DNA of 64,000 nt from a virus (Duplodnaviria > Caudoviricetes), in IMG/VR virus record IMGVR_UViG_3300021426_000004, positions 84,118 through 148,117 of that record; one strand, 5' to 3'. The notes under the pieces are model-generated. The model did no database searches and was not told where the DNA came from. It saw only the letters and a program-made list of their open reading frames with translations. The first letter of the stretch is position 1. The number at the start of each line of letters is the position of its first letter. Made by a program: the position numbers and the translations under genes. Of the stretch, positions 20,004 to 31,005 are shown one piece after another.

Positions 20004-20370
20004 TCCTTTTCCTTTCTTTCTTGATTTGTTTTGCCCCGACGCAAGCGTCGGGTGATTCGCCTGAAATAATTCTCTTTTAATACTTGTCAGGTTTGAAGGT
20101 TTTCTTGGCTTAATTTACCAAAAGCCTTTTCCTTCAAACTTGATTTGTATACGGCGAGTACAAGCCTCGCCTTATTCGCTCGGGATTGGGGTTCCCATCT
20201 CCCCATTTCCTACACAGTGGCGTCCGATACCCACACTAAATACCGCCGTCGGATAGACTGTCTCAGTCGAAAAATGAGAAGCCGCATACGGGTTGAACAG
20301 TATGACTCCCACGTTTTAAACGTGACGACAGAAAACAACTACTACAGAAAAATATGGAGGTACAAACACT

Positions 20371-20730
20371 ATGACTACTTTCGTTGGAAACATTTCTAAG
20401 GCTGCTGAGACCCGCACTGTCGATGTGAACGGAGCCAAGGTTCTGGTTACCGATTTCAACATCGCCGAGAACTATCCCGGTTCTGACGGGACGCAGAAGG
20501 TGCAGTTCTACCGTGTCAGCCTGTGGCGTGACCGTGGTGCCAAGCTGGCGCAGTACCTGACCAAGGGTCGGCCTGTGCAGATCACCGGTCGTGTCCGCGC
20601 TCGTGCGTACATGGACAAGAACGGCCAGCCTGCTTGCCAGATGGAGATCGCCAATCCGCAGATCACCTTCGTGACTGGGAATCCGACCGCCGATGGAGAA
20701 GAGTTCGTCGGTGATCCCATCGAGGCGTAA
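20371..20730 (+). CDS. ssb: Single-stranded DNA-binding protein (paralog 1)
   Basis: OB-fold SSB pattern VGNI...FYRVSLW...YLTKGRPVQITGR. Confidence 0.85.
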   Translation: MTTFVGNISKAAETRTVDVNGAKVLVTDFNIAENYPGSDGTQKVQFYRVSLWRDRGAKLAQYLTKGRPVQITGRVRARAYMDKNGQPACQMEIANPQITFVTGNPTADGEEFVGDPIEA

Positions 20731-20858
20731 TGAAATATCGGGCTCTCCCTTTGGGGGAGCCCTTTATTTTGACAGTGACTGCTTTAAGAGGATCTGGCGC
20801 TGCAAGCCAGGTCCTTTTTTTATACTGCCCCCGGCTTCTTGCAGGAGACAGTATATTC

Positions 20859-20900
20859 GGTACCTAACTTTGGCGACATTCGAGAATGACCGTAAAGGAG
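20859..20900 (+). promoter_or_regulatory. 42-nt phage promoter-like motif
   Basis: GGTACCTAACTTTGGCGACATTCGAGAATGACCGTAAAGGAG. Confidence 0.7.
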
Positions 20901-21164
20901 AGGGTATTTTTTAAAACGGCCTGATTTTTTTAATGCCCGTTTTTTTGCAGGAGCGGATATAAAATTTCAGCCGCGAATAAACGTACCCGAGAGCCCTCAC
21001 TAAAATCCAGTGGATCGTCTGGCTAGACCTCTGAATTACGTGGGCAATTCTGAATGCCTGAATCTGAGGATGAGTATTTATCGGTTCAAAACTGAGAGGT
21101 ATTTTTCCTCCGCTAAAATAGAGGAGGCTAACATGATTGGCCTCAAGAAAAAGGAGATGGGTCT

Positions 21165-21458
21165 GTGAAAGGCAAGATTGGCAACCCGCTCGATGAGCAG
21201 GAAACCATTATTAACATTGCTCCGAATGTGATCAACAAACGTGCATCGATATACACTACAATGCCCAATATGCTGGCAAAGATGTGGAAGATGCAGGAGC
21301 AATATCCGGATGATGTGCTGATCGTACATGATGACAAGTACGGTACTGAGTTTTCAGTGCCGAATGACTGGATCAAGATCAAGCCTAAACGTAAGTTAAG
21401 TGATGAACAGCGGGAAGCTGCTGTTGCACGACTGGCTGAATATCGTAACAAGGAATAA
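21165..21458 (+). CDS. Hypothetical protein
   Basis: AAGGAG RBS, GTG start. Confidence 0.7.
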   Translation: MKGKIGNPLDEQETIINIAPNVINKRASIYTTMPNMLAKMWKMQEQYPDDVLIVHDDKYGTEFSVPNDWIKIKPKRKLSDEQREAAVARLAEYRNKE

Positions 21459-21533
21459 TCTGGCCCAATAGTTTTTCTTTATAGATATAACATTGTATTG
21501 GGCTGTCAGGCAAACCTGCAATTGCCTGTTCAT

Positions 21534-21607
21534 GCTCCATTAGCTCAGCAGGTGAGAGCGACGGCCTTATAAGCCGCAGGTCCTGTGTTCGAATCACAGA
21601 TGGAGTA
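21534..21607 (+). tRNA. tRNA-Ile(TAT)
   Basis: Acceptor GCTCCAT/ATGGAGT, anticodon arm CGGC-CTTATAA-GCCG, T-loop GTTCGAATC. Confidence 0.9.
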
Positions 21608-21985
21608 CGCTGCAGTCGCCGCAATGACAACAAAAAAATAAATTAAAAGAGTGACTGCAACAGGAGCCTCGTTCTCCCCATAATTATCTTTTAGGTTTTT
21701 CGGCCGCCTTTGGAGGGCGGCCAACTGTCCTTAAGGATTGGGGAGAACGGCTCCTTATAAAAAACAGGGGTACATAATATATATGCAGTAACTGCCAGCT
21801 GTAACTGTATATATTTATTATATTGTCTTTTAAAAGATAATTTGCATTTATTATTCTCCTTCAGTATATAACTCTCTTTAGTAAACACCACCAAGAGTGT
21901 TTACTAAAGAGAGAGAATAAATAATTATTCCACAGTAATAATCTTCAGTATATATTTATTAATATAATAAAAGGAGTGAGAATCT

Positions 21986-22573
21986 ATGTTCACTGAATAC
22001 TCTAAAATGTCCAAGAAACAGAAAAAGATTATCAACAGCCAGAAAAGAACAACCTGGAACTTCAGTCCCGTTACACGGCTGAAACCCAGTAAGAAAATCT
22101 ACTCCAGAAAGAGAGTGACTGTATATGAATAATAAAGAAATGTGGTTATTGCTTGCTACTAAGTTTATTTGCTCAACTACTACATGCAAGGCATGCAAGA
22201 ACTTGCTCGATGCCGAAAAATGTCCTGAACCAGAGTTTTCCCGTGAAGACTATGAAGACGTTTTCCGTTTTATCAGAGACGTTACTAAACGAATCGAGAA
22301 ACTTGAGGATAGTCAATTATCCTTGTCAGAAGACGAGCTTGCTCGGCTGATTATGGAGGGCTGAAAATGATATATGATATCGTCAAAGAGATCTGTAATA
22401 AGTATTTTATATGCAGTGATGGTTGTCCTCTGAAAACAGAGAATGGTTATATCTGCAACAAGGCTGACAAACCCACTGAAGAATTGTTACTTATATTATC
22501 TTCTCTTGGGTATAACTTTAATGATCAGATTAATATTGTTGAAGATGATATAGAAAGTATACTTAATGAATGA
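21986..22573 (+). other. Three small CDSs (21986-22132 basic; 22125-22364 and 22367-22573 Cys-rich with shared acidic C-terminal motif)
   Basis: RBSs, overlapping stop/start; tails LSLSEDELARLI and INIVEDDIESIL. Confidence 0.65.
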
Positions 22574-23100
22574 CCTCTATCCCTTGTAATATATACTCTT
22601 AAGGGTTATTTTACTCTATAAATATGAACCTATTCTCTATCATTAATAATAATAATATATATATACTCTTTATTATGAATATTTATTCTTCTTTAGAAAT
22701 TACTCTATAAATAATTACTTTTCCTTTAAATATTAATCATTTATTTTCCTTTAGTAGGTATTTATATCTTTCTTTATTATCTTGATATTTATTATCCTTC
22801 AGTAGTTATTTATTCTTAATTACTGTTTTGATATTTATTTGAATGATTGGTATTTATAAGTATTTATTCTTGTGATATTTATTGGTCTTTAGTAGAGAAC
22901 TATTCTTTTTAATAAATCTTATCCCTATAATAAATCTTATCCCTGTAATAAATCCTATCCATATAATTATTCTTTCTAATAAATCCTATCTCTATAATAT
23001 CTCTATAATAATCATTTCTCTTAATAAACAATCTCTATAATAAATCTTATATCTTTTAATAAATAATCTCTTATATATTCCATTCTTTATTTATTTTCAG
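22574..23100. repeat. AT-rich non-coding region with 18-bp tandem repeats; candidate replication origin
   Basis: AATAAATCYTATCYMTRT at 22911, 22929, 22947, 22978, with many TATTTATT motifs to the left. Confidence 0.55.
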
Positions 23101-23118
23101 CGGGGGAGGTAACTAAAT

Positions 23119-24575
23119 ATGACCCTTACGGCTTTTAAGGAAATACACAAGAATGATACAGCCGGTCAGTTGCTTCAGCTGCTGACTGATGAAGTATTCT
23201 TAATCAAATTCGATCAGACAAATAAAACTACAGCGCAGCTTGTGTATCATAATCAAAAACTGTTTGAATATTACTCAAGTGAATTGAAGTATCACAGTGA
23301 CAGGTTTAACTGGATAGTCGATCAGCTCAGAATAAAGATGACTGCTCCTGAAGATATTCTGAATGGGCTAAAACACTGTAGCAACTATAAGGATATCAGC
23401 GACTGTAATGGATGTCCTTATAAAGACGGAGACTATGCAAGATGCGGCTGCGAAAATAAGTTAATGCAAGACACTTTGAAATTATTTTGCGAGGTGACTG
23501 GAAATGAACATGAATAACGAGGAAATTAATGAGTTTAAAATTTATTGGCAGGATCTTAACAGTGACTGTCAGCAGCGACTGTTTGAATTCCTGGGAGAAA
23601 ATGGAAACTATGACGTTTATCCTATTGTAACAATTGAAAGGCTGGAAGAAGAACAATGAATCTTGTTTCTATATCAAAAGAGGATTTGGACTTGCTTATG
23701 AATCGTGAGGCTTTTCTGGATATCAGAGGCTGCTCCAATGAAGAAATAGTCGAGTTGGTTAAATTAATCGATCCTGAGCTGGAATACTGCAATATAATCG
23801 ATTATTTATCAACAGATGGTTATTACGAAAGTTTTATCGGCTGGGATGTTCTGTTTATTGATAATGATAAGAAACTAAATGCATACAGAGGAGATACTGC
23901 TAAAAATATTCTGAGTCAAAGACATATCATTAAACCAATTCTTACAGAAATTACAATTGATGACGATGATATTTTGTCAACAATTGATGGAGGAAACGGC
24001 AGTGACTGAATATCAGAAATTTCAGCTGCAATGGATGGCTGATCATTCATATTCCCTTGATGATCTGATTGACGAATTGGAAAAAAATATGACCACTGAA
24101 GAATCTATCAGGAATCTTTTCTATACATGGCAGAACGAAATCGGCTTCAGCGGCTCGATTTGGCCATGCGAATCAGAATGGAACGATTGTGAAAGGAGCT
24201 TAAACCATGAATGATATTTTTACTATGCTTAACAGTATGAACAGAATGCTTGATCCTTCGGAAATGCCAAGAAATAATTACACTCCGCTGGAGAAAGATA
24301 AGATTGATACAATTATGTCCAATGCCAAGAATTTCGAGAAAGGTAATAGGTTCGGCGGGCTGTATTATTATGCAGAGTTCGAGAACGGATATGGAATCGA
24401 TATTATCAAGCATAACGGCTCCTATGGCGGTGATGAAGACTTGTTTGAAATCGCTGTCATGAAAGATGGAGATGTTTGCTACGATACTTCGATTACAGAT
24501 GATGTTGTTGGCTGGCTGACTTCAGAAGAGGTTATGTCTTATGTATTCAAAGTAAAAGAACTTAAAACGGAGTGA
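23119..24575 (+). other. Run of small hypothetical CDSs (23119-23517, 23656-24009, 24002-24214, 24207-24575)
   Basis: Closely packed ORFs with RBSs. Confidence 0.7.
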
Positions 24576-24580
24576 CTGGA

Positions 24581-24868
24581 ATGAATACTGAAGCAAAAAA
24601 GGATACTGGAAAAGCGCAACTCTCTCTCGTACCTTTGCAGATTCTTTATGATATAGCCAGGGTACGGGAATTTGGTTTGATCAAATATAAAGATCCTGAT
24701 AACTGGAAGAAAGTTGAGCCGAAAAGATACAGGGATGCAATGATGCGTCATATGTGTGCTTATATTGAGGACCCGGATGGAATAGACGAAGAAAGTGGTC
24801 TTCCTCATTTATGGCACCTTGCTTGTAACGTGGCTTTTCTTTGCGACCTTGAAAAGAAACGACAATAA
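24581..24868 (+). CDS. dATP/dGTP diphosphohydrolase (DUF5664-like)
   Basis: KKDTGKAQLSLVP...FGLIKY...NW...AMMRH...DEESGLPHLWHLACN pattern. Confidence 0.85.
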   Translation: MNTEAKKDTGKAQLSLVPLQILYDIARVREFGLIKYKDPDNWKKVEPKRYRDAMMRHMCAYIEDPDGIDEESGLPHLWHLACNVAFLCDLEKKRQ

Positions 24869-24884
24869 TAAAATGGAGTAAAAA

Positions 24885-26529
24885 ATGCTTGAAGAATTTT
24901 TGAATCATAAATTATTTATCGTTATTCCAAGAAATAGAATTGACAGACTTGATGAACTGGATGAGCGAATTGGTCATGTGAAATTCCCAAGTGGTGCAAC
25001 TATGCCAACGTATGTAAAACAACTCTTGAAAAATTGCAGTGAAATTGGGATCATTGGTGACGGATTTGGTCGTATTCTTTATTCAGTACAATCGTATGGA
25101 ACTGTAAATTATGTATCTATCGATGAATTTCTTGGAAAGGAAATCACAATAGACGAAGAAGACTTTGACTTAATTTTCGAGAAGGAGAAAATATGATTCC
25201 AACGCCGCAAACTGTTATATTCCATATAACAAGTACAATAATGGCTCTTGGTTATCTTGGGTTGGTTGTTTTCTTGATCCTTTATATTTCGTACCTGATC
25301 ATTAAGAGGTGAAATTATGTTTGATGAAAAACTTGCTCTGAAAATGCTTGTTGAAGACAGGAATACTTATATCAAAAGAGCTATTGAATTTACTCAGGGT
25401 TTTCTGGATAGAGGAATGGATGAAGCTGCAGCTATGACAATCATGACAGCTGGAGACTGTCTTCGTGAATTGGAAGGAACTATGGAGTACGTAAAACAAC
25501 TTCAAGGTTTCAACGAAAACGGATATCCGAGATATGTTCCTGTTTTCAATTAATAAGCCTTTGATTTTACAAAATACTCCAGAGGTCGCCGCAAGCGGCG
25601 ACTGATTCGCTAGGCCTTTCTTTCCTTTCTTTCTTGGCCTTTCCCTACGAAATTGAGGTGAAATATGTATAAAGTTTGTGTAAACCGAGGCGACAGAACC
25701 ATTCTATTGGCTTCGTTTGAATCTTTGGAAAAAGCAAGACGTTTTACGTCTCATGATTATTATCCGGAAGAAGATGATGATGTTTGTATTCATGCCAATG
25801 AAATGTATATTGACAATAAAGATACAGCATTTCCGGACATCAATGTGAATGAAGTTAAATATTTGCCAAATGATGAACTTCCATTTTGAGGTTAAAAATG
25901 AGTGATTTAAAGAAAATTGATGATTTTATAAAAGGTTCAGCCATAGTTCATATAGGCACAGAAGAAAAGGACATTTTTGCGCTTCTTTCTGAACTGGGAA
26001 TTATGACAGAAAAGAATAAAAGAGCAATAAACACTGCTATAATGACTTATAAACAAGACGCATGTTTACGAATGGAAGCACAAAGGAAAATATGTTTTGG
26101 TTCGATGGGCTTCTATGAAGAATACAATTATATAATTTATGACATTGAAGAACTGTTAGGAAGAGAAATAGCAATCGGAGAAGAAGATATTCAGAATATT
26201 CTTTTCTCGTGAAAGGATAAATAATGTTCCGTACTAACGACCTCGTCCGGGTTAAAAATTTAAACGAGATTAAAGACACTAAATACTGTGATTTTGCTCA
26301 TCAAATGAACAAGTATTGTGGTGAGATTTTCAAGGTAACTTTTGGAGTATATAACGATAGAAGCAGGCATTGGTTCTATATGCTTGAAAACGAATGGAAT
26401 GAGGGTTTTGCGTTTCTAGATGATTGGCTTGAGCCAGCCGAAGCTGTAGAAATAGATGATTTTCCTGAAACAATAACATCAATCAATATTACTGATGAGG
26501 AACTTGATGCTATGTTTAAAACTAAATAA
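24885..26529 (+). other. Small hypothetical CDSs (24885-25196, 25317-25553, 25665-25889, 25898-26212, 26224-26529)
   Basis: RBS-preceded ORFs; several share C-terminal motifs (see findings). Confidence 0.7.
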
Positions 26530-26829
26530 AATCCTGTGGTATTATCCAAGTTGAATTTTTAAATATATAAAAAGCATAAAAATACACATTTTTTGTATAT
26601 TGCAATCAACCTGAAAATACTGCAAATTAAGGAACAGCTGAACAATCAAGTAATCGCTATACTGTATTTGCCGATCTTCTGTCTATGTGTAAAATATAAA
26701 CTTGCGTCGATGCATAAATAGTAACTATTTTTAAATTATTACTGAATGTTACAAAAATAATGTCCAGTAATTTTTGTTGTTTCCCATTCACATTCACTAC
26801 AGAAAAACATTAAAAGTTAGGAGAAAAAA

Positions 26830-27219
26830 ATGAACAAGATTATTATTTGCGGAAATCTTACTGCAGATCCGGTTATCACAGAAGTGGAATACACCAATAG
26901 GACTACCGGTGAGATTATCAAGACAAAGGTTTGTAACTTTACAGTTGCTTGTGATGATGGATTTGGTGAATCCAAAATGACACAGTATTTCAGGGTTAAC
27001 TCTTGGCGCGGTCAGGGTGAAACATGCATGAAATACCTTAAGAAGGGGCGCGAAGTCCTTGTTGAAGGGCCTGTAAAGCTGAATACTTATGTTGACAAGA
27101 ACAATGTTGCACGGTCTTCTATGGAAGTCAGGGCAAACAGTATTCAGTTCCTGCGTGGCGGTAAAAACGCGAATCCACCTGAAGAAAATGCTCCAGAAGA
27201 AGAAGAAGCACTATATTGA
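26830..27219 (+). CDS. ssb: Single-stranded DNA-binding protein (paralog 2)
   Basis: MNKIIICGNLTADP...FTVAC...YLKKGREVLVEG. Confidence 0.9.
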   Translation: MNKIIICGNLTADPVITEVEYTNRTTGEIIKTKVCNFTVACDDGFGESKMTQYFRVNSWRGQGETCMKYLKKGREVLVEGPVKLNTYVDKNNVARSSMEVRANSIQFLRGGKNANPPEENAPEEEEALY

Positions 27220-27290
27220 CAGACATTTACTAATCAGCCGAGGGTGACTGGTTTGATGGGGCCAGTCACCCTATCTTTATGAGGTGATTT

Positions 27291-28122
27291 ATGAGATATT
27301 TGGTTAATGAAACTTATTATGACGATATCGACGATGTAATTAATGCTTGCATTGAAGACGATTATCATGAAGATGATGAGTACTTCGAAGAATGGCTAAA
27401 TGATGAATATGGATATATTACCATTGCCGGACAGACTTTCCATGCTTATGACATTTTGGATTCAATGAATGATTATTTGCTTGAGGAAGAACGTGACGAG
27501 TTTTGCGAGCGAATGAACGATAACGATAGGGAAGATGCAATGTACGATCTTCGACATGCTAAACCCGGTGATACTGTTTATATTCATCGTTCTGAAGTTT
27601 CGTGTGTTGAAGACGAAGAAGATGATGATGATGAAAACTACAACCGTGAAGAGAGTCTTGAAGCAGTAAGAACCTTCGTTGAAGAACAGAAACTTCTTGC
27701 TGATGCAAAAGCCGCTGAAGAAAAAGTTGAAGAAGACGACATAATGAGAATGTTTCAGGTGATTTAATATGTATTTTTCATTAACAATCAGAAATATAAG
27801 GAATCTGAAGGAATATAATAAGCTTTTAAACAGCATTAATAAATTTGATCTGATTAATTATGTTTTCGATGATGGAGAATATGAGCCGGAAAATCATCAG
27901 GCAGTGTTTTCAAGCTGGGACGAGCAAAGATGGGAAAGGCACTATGGTCAGATGATCATTCTGTCAGAAGAACATCCTACAATGACGTTTGAGCTTACCT
28001 GTCAGGATGGAATAATGTTCTGGAAAGAATATTACAAAGACGGAACTGAGGAAAATTGCTCCGGTGATGTAGTCTTTGAAACTCCCAAGAAAATCAAATG
28101 GGATTCTTTAGTAAACTTTTAA
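27291..28122 (+). other. Two hypothetical CDSs (27291-27767 very acidic; 27769-28122)
   Basis: GAGGTG RBS, tight packing. Confidence 0.7.
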
Positions 28123-28128
28123 TTATTA

Positions 28129-28170
28129 GGTACCGAACTTTGGGGACATTCGAAAAATACCGTAAAGGAG
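28129..28170 (+). promoter_or_regulatory. 42-nt phage promoter-like motif
   Basis: GGTACCGAACTTTGGGGACATTCGAAAAATACCGTAAAGGAG. Confidence 0.7.
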
Positions 28171-28177
28171 GAGTAGT

Positions 28178-28639
28178 ATGGGTCTTGATATGTATCTTAA
28201 CAAGGTGAAAAAAGAAGAGATTGCATATTGGCGTAAAGCAAATGCTATTCATGCGTGGTTTGAAAGACATTTAACGGATGATGAAAAAGGCATTGAAAAC
28301 TGCAGATCTTATTATGTTGATAAATCGCTTCTTCAAAAATTGAAAAGAGATTGTAAAACTGTTTTGAAATCTTCTGAACTTGTTTATAAGGATGTGCCAG
28401 TTAAGGAGTATGATTACGATCAGAAACAGTATGTTACGGTCACAAAACATTTGAAAGTTCTTGATGATCCAAAAGTTGCAGAGGAACTTCTGCCAACTCA
28501 GTCTGGATTCTTCTTTGGAAGCACTGAATATGATGAAGGATATGTTGAAGAACTTAAGAGTACAATTGAACAAATAGATGAAGTACTGAATACTGTGGAT
28601 TTCGACGAATATGACGTTGAATATCATGCATGGTGGTAA
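28178..28639 (+). CDS. Phage hypothetical protein
   Basis: MGLDMYL...YWRKANAIHAWF...LPTQSGFFFGS, a pattern common in phages. Confidence 0.8.
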   Translation: MGLDMYLNKVKKEEIAYWRKANAIHAWFERHLTDDEKGIENCRSYYVDKSLLQKLKRDCKTVLKSSELVYKDVPVKEYDYDQKQYVTVTKHLKVLDDPKVAEELLPTQSGFFFGSTEYDEGYVEELKSTIEQIDEVLNTVDFDEYDVEYHAWW

Positions 28640-28642
28640 TAA

Positions 28643-28830
28643 TGAACGGTGGTGGAAAAGGTAGACACTGATGGCTGGGTAAGGACAAGGCAGACTGAAA
28701 CGGCGTGAAGGTCACCAATCTTAAATCGGTAAAGACACGCCTGCTGGTACACACTAAAGCCCACGAGCCGTGAATCCGGTGATTGTTGTGTGTGCAAGTC
28801 CATGTGGGGTGCAAATCCTCACCCGTTCAA
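28643..28830 (+). ncRNA. tRNA-like RNA with expanded central domain (1)
   Basis: Acceptor TGAACGG/CCGTTCA, D-arm TGGTGGAAAAGGTAGACAC, T-arm GTGGGG-TGCAAAT-CCTCAC. Confidence 0.7.
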
Positions 28831-28864
28831 TCAATCAAACACATCTCAAAAAGGAGAAAATATT

Positions 28865-29431
28865 ATGGATTTGGGAGCCTACGCACAAATTGAAGATCTT
28901 GACAAAATCATGGTAGACAACGGAATCACCGTTCCAAGACTGCGCGGACTTAGGTTGATGAGTCAGGAAAAAGCAATTTCTGCGAACGATATTTCAGAAT
29001 CTGCCAATCAATTGGCCCTTCAAGAATGTGAATCTCTCTGTGAATCAGACTTTCGGATCAATGCCTATTGTTTCGAATGTTCAGACAGAACCCGTCGAAT
29101 CAAGCGAAAATACCTGAAGTATGACACCGATCAATTCACACCTGTCGGAGTTAGATGGGATCGTATTCATGGTAAAAAGCGCAAGAAGTTCAAGTATGTC
29201 ATCAAAAACGCTTATCGGCGCAATCGTGAACAGCTTGAATTATTCAATCGTTATTGCGGTAGGCCTGACATTCTTTATATCCATGCAAGAATTGGCGGCG
29301 GAAACTGGCCGTATTACTGTAACGAGGTGAAAGATCAGCCGTGGTTCATCTGCAGGATCGATGATGCATTTGATTCCACTTACTGTGATATTTACGCCAC
29401 GATCAAACCGCCGGAAGAAAGCAATGACTGA
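28865..29431 (+). CDS. Hypothetical protein
   Basis: AAGGAG RBS before ATG 28865; HARIGGGNW and DDAFDSTYCDIY motifs. Confidence 0.75.
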   Translation: MDLGAYAQIEDLDKIMVDNGITVPRLRGLRLMSQEKAISANDISESANQLALQECESLCESDFRINAYCFECSDRTRRIKRKYLKYDTDQFTPVGVRWDRIHGKKRKKFKYVIKNAYRRNREQLELFNRYCGRPDILYIHARIGGGNWPYYCNEVKDQPWFICRIDDAFDSTYCDIYATIKPPEESND

Positions 29432-29448
29432 TGTTCAGTAAATAATAA

Positions 29449-29559
29449 TATGCGGTGGTGGAAAAGGTAGACACGATTAGCACGGAGACATGCTTCCTGA
29501 TGCCGTGCACGGCTAAACGGAGAAAAATCCATGTGAGGTGCAAATCCTCACCCGCTTAG
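29449..29559 (+). ncRNA. tRNA-like RNA with expanded central domain (2)
   Basis: Same D-arm as copy 1; 3' end CATGTGAGGTGCAAATCCTCACCCGC. Confidence 0.7.
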
Positions 29560-29774
29560 AATTACTGTTTTGTGAGGTGCTATATGGACGAAACGACAGA
29601 TTACGACATCGAGCAAGATTTATTGGATTTAATGGTCGAGTATTTATGCGAAGATCATAGCAATGATGATTTGATATCGTTGGCAAAAAAAGCAATACAA
29701 TATTCACTAGGTGATTAAAACAACACAAAAAAGTTGGTTTGTTTTAATATAGAAGTATTTGTCGAAGATATGAG

Positions 29775-29999
29775 ATGACAATAATGGATATAATGAGTGA
29801 GTTTGTTGTTTCAAGAGGATCTGGAAAAACTGCAACCTCTTATATGATCGGTTTAAGCAAACTGTACAATTCTGGAAAAATAAGTAAAGAAGATTACTTT
29901 ACAATGAGAGGCGCAGCTTTGGTTCTTATGTTCGGGATGTCGGAAGAAGATGCTTTAAACCAGATTGCAAAAGAGCTTGAGGAAGACGATTTCAGGTAA
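29775..29999 (+). CDS. Hypothetical protein
   Basis: 74 aa ORF. Confidence 0.5.
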   Translation: MTIMDIMSEFVVSRGSGKTATSYMIGLSKLYNSGKISKEDYFTMRGAALVLMFGMSEEDALNQIAKELEEDDFR

Positions 30000-30117
30000 G
30001 TAAAGAAACTGGCAAATCTAAAAAAAGGGGGTGGTGCTATGCAGAAAGCAGTTGATGAATTTAATCGTAAATATACTGTTCCTCAGTAGCATTGCCCAAA
30101 AACAGGGCTATAAAATA

Positions 30118-30348
30118 GAGCGGTGGCGGAATAGACAGCTATCACTCCTGCGGAGAGTAGATAAGGACGTGGCTCTTATTTAAGTACACCTGATAACAGG
30201 GGCGCAGGTCACGGCTGGTAAAACAGGTTTTTTCGGATTTGTACCTGTAATAGTAGACGCTGGAACGGCAAGATTGAGTCATTATTATCCGGGGTTGTTT
30301 TAACAACCAAAAGACTGATCATGTAAGGTGCAAATCCTTACCCGCTTA
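30118..30348 (+). ncRNA. tRNA-like RNA with insertions in the D-loop and central arm (3)
   Basis: GAGCGG-TGGCGGAATAGA...AGTAGACGC...CATGTAAGGTGCAAATCCTTAC-CCGCTT. Confidence 0.65.
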
Positions 30349-30533
30349 TAAAAATTTTTAAATAATATTTTTGAAACCGCACAGCATACTATGGGAGACG
30401 GCACGGCGTAGAGTGTTTGTCAGCACTGAAACCGGGCATAAACGGATCGACCCATGCTTCAGGCGATCTTTCGGGGTTGTAAAGTCATGATCGGGTTGAC
30501 ATCCTGAATGGCTTAGTTTGACGAAGATCAACG

Positions 30534-30688
30534 CGAGTGGTGGCGGAATAGACATCGGATAAGGATGCATACGATTCCGATGGTAAAGCTGGTTCAGCAA
30601 GAGTAGACGCTTATAACGTAAGATTCCGACTTCTTGATTTCAAGAAACGTTAAGGAATCATACGAGGTGCAAATCCTCGTCCACTCAT
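30534..30688 (+). ncRNA. tRNA-like RNA with insertions in the D-loop and central arm (4)
   Basis: GAGTGG-TGGCGGAATAGA...AGTAGACGC...CATACGAGGTGCAAATCCTCGT-CCACTC. Confidence 0.65.
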
Positions 30689-30728
30689 CTTCAAACTAAA
30701 TTTCAAGAGAGGGAAAAGATGTCGCAAT

Positions 30729-30932
30729 ATGGGACTGAATAAATACGGACCAGGACGTTGGGAAGATGTCTCCAGCTGGCCACTGCCAAAGCTGGTAACG
30801 GAAATTCTTAATATCGAAAAAGAAAAAGAAAAAGAATATAAAGCATATATGCGTCGTTGTATGTTTCTTGATGAGCAATATGAAATAATTGAAAAGGAAC
30901 TTTCAAGAAGAAAGATTTATATGGATGAATAA
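30729..30932 (+). CDS. Hypothetical protein
   Basis: 67 aa ORF between RNA genes. Confidence 0.55.
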   Translation: MGLNKYGPGRWEDVSSWPLPKLVTEILNIEKEKEKEYKAYMRRCMFLDEQYEIIEKELSRRKIYMDE

Positions 30933-31005
30933 GGGGAATTAGCTCATTCAGCAGAGCACTGCCTTTGCACGGCAGAGGTGACGGGAGCAAAGCCTGTATT
31001 CTTCA
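30933..31005 (+). tRNA. tRNA-Ala(TGC), atypical T-loop
   Basis: Acceptor GGGGAAT/ATTCTTC with G3-U70; CTGCC-TTTGCAC-GGCAG; T-loop AGCAAAG. Confidence 0.75.

Noticed and set aside
29775-29999. ATPase suggested by SRGSGKT
   Set aside because: Only 74 aa and no Walker B; at most a fragment
28643-30688. Intron-containing tRNAs or tmRNA
   Set aside because: Inserts are short, differ between copies and partly sit in the D-loop; no group I core or tag reading frame recognised
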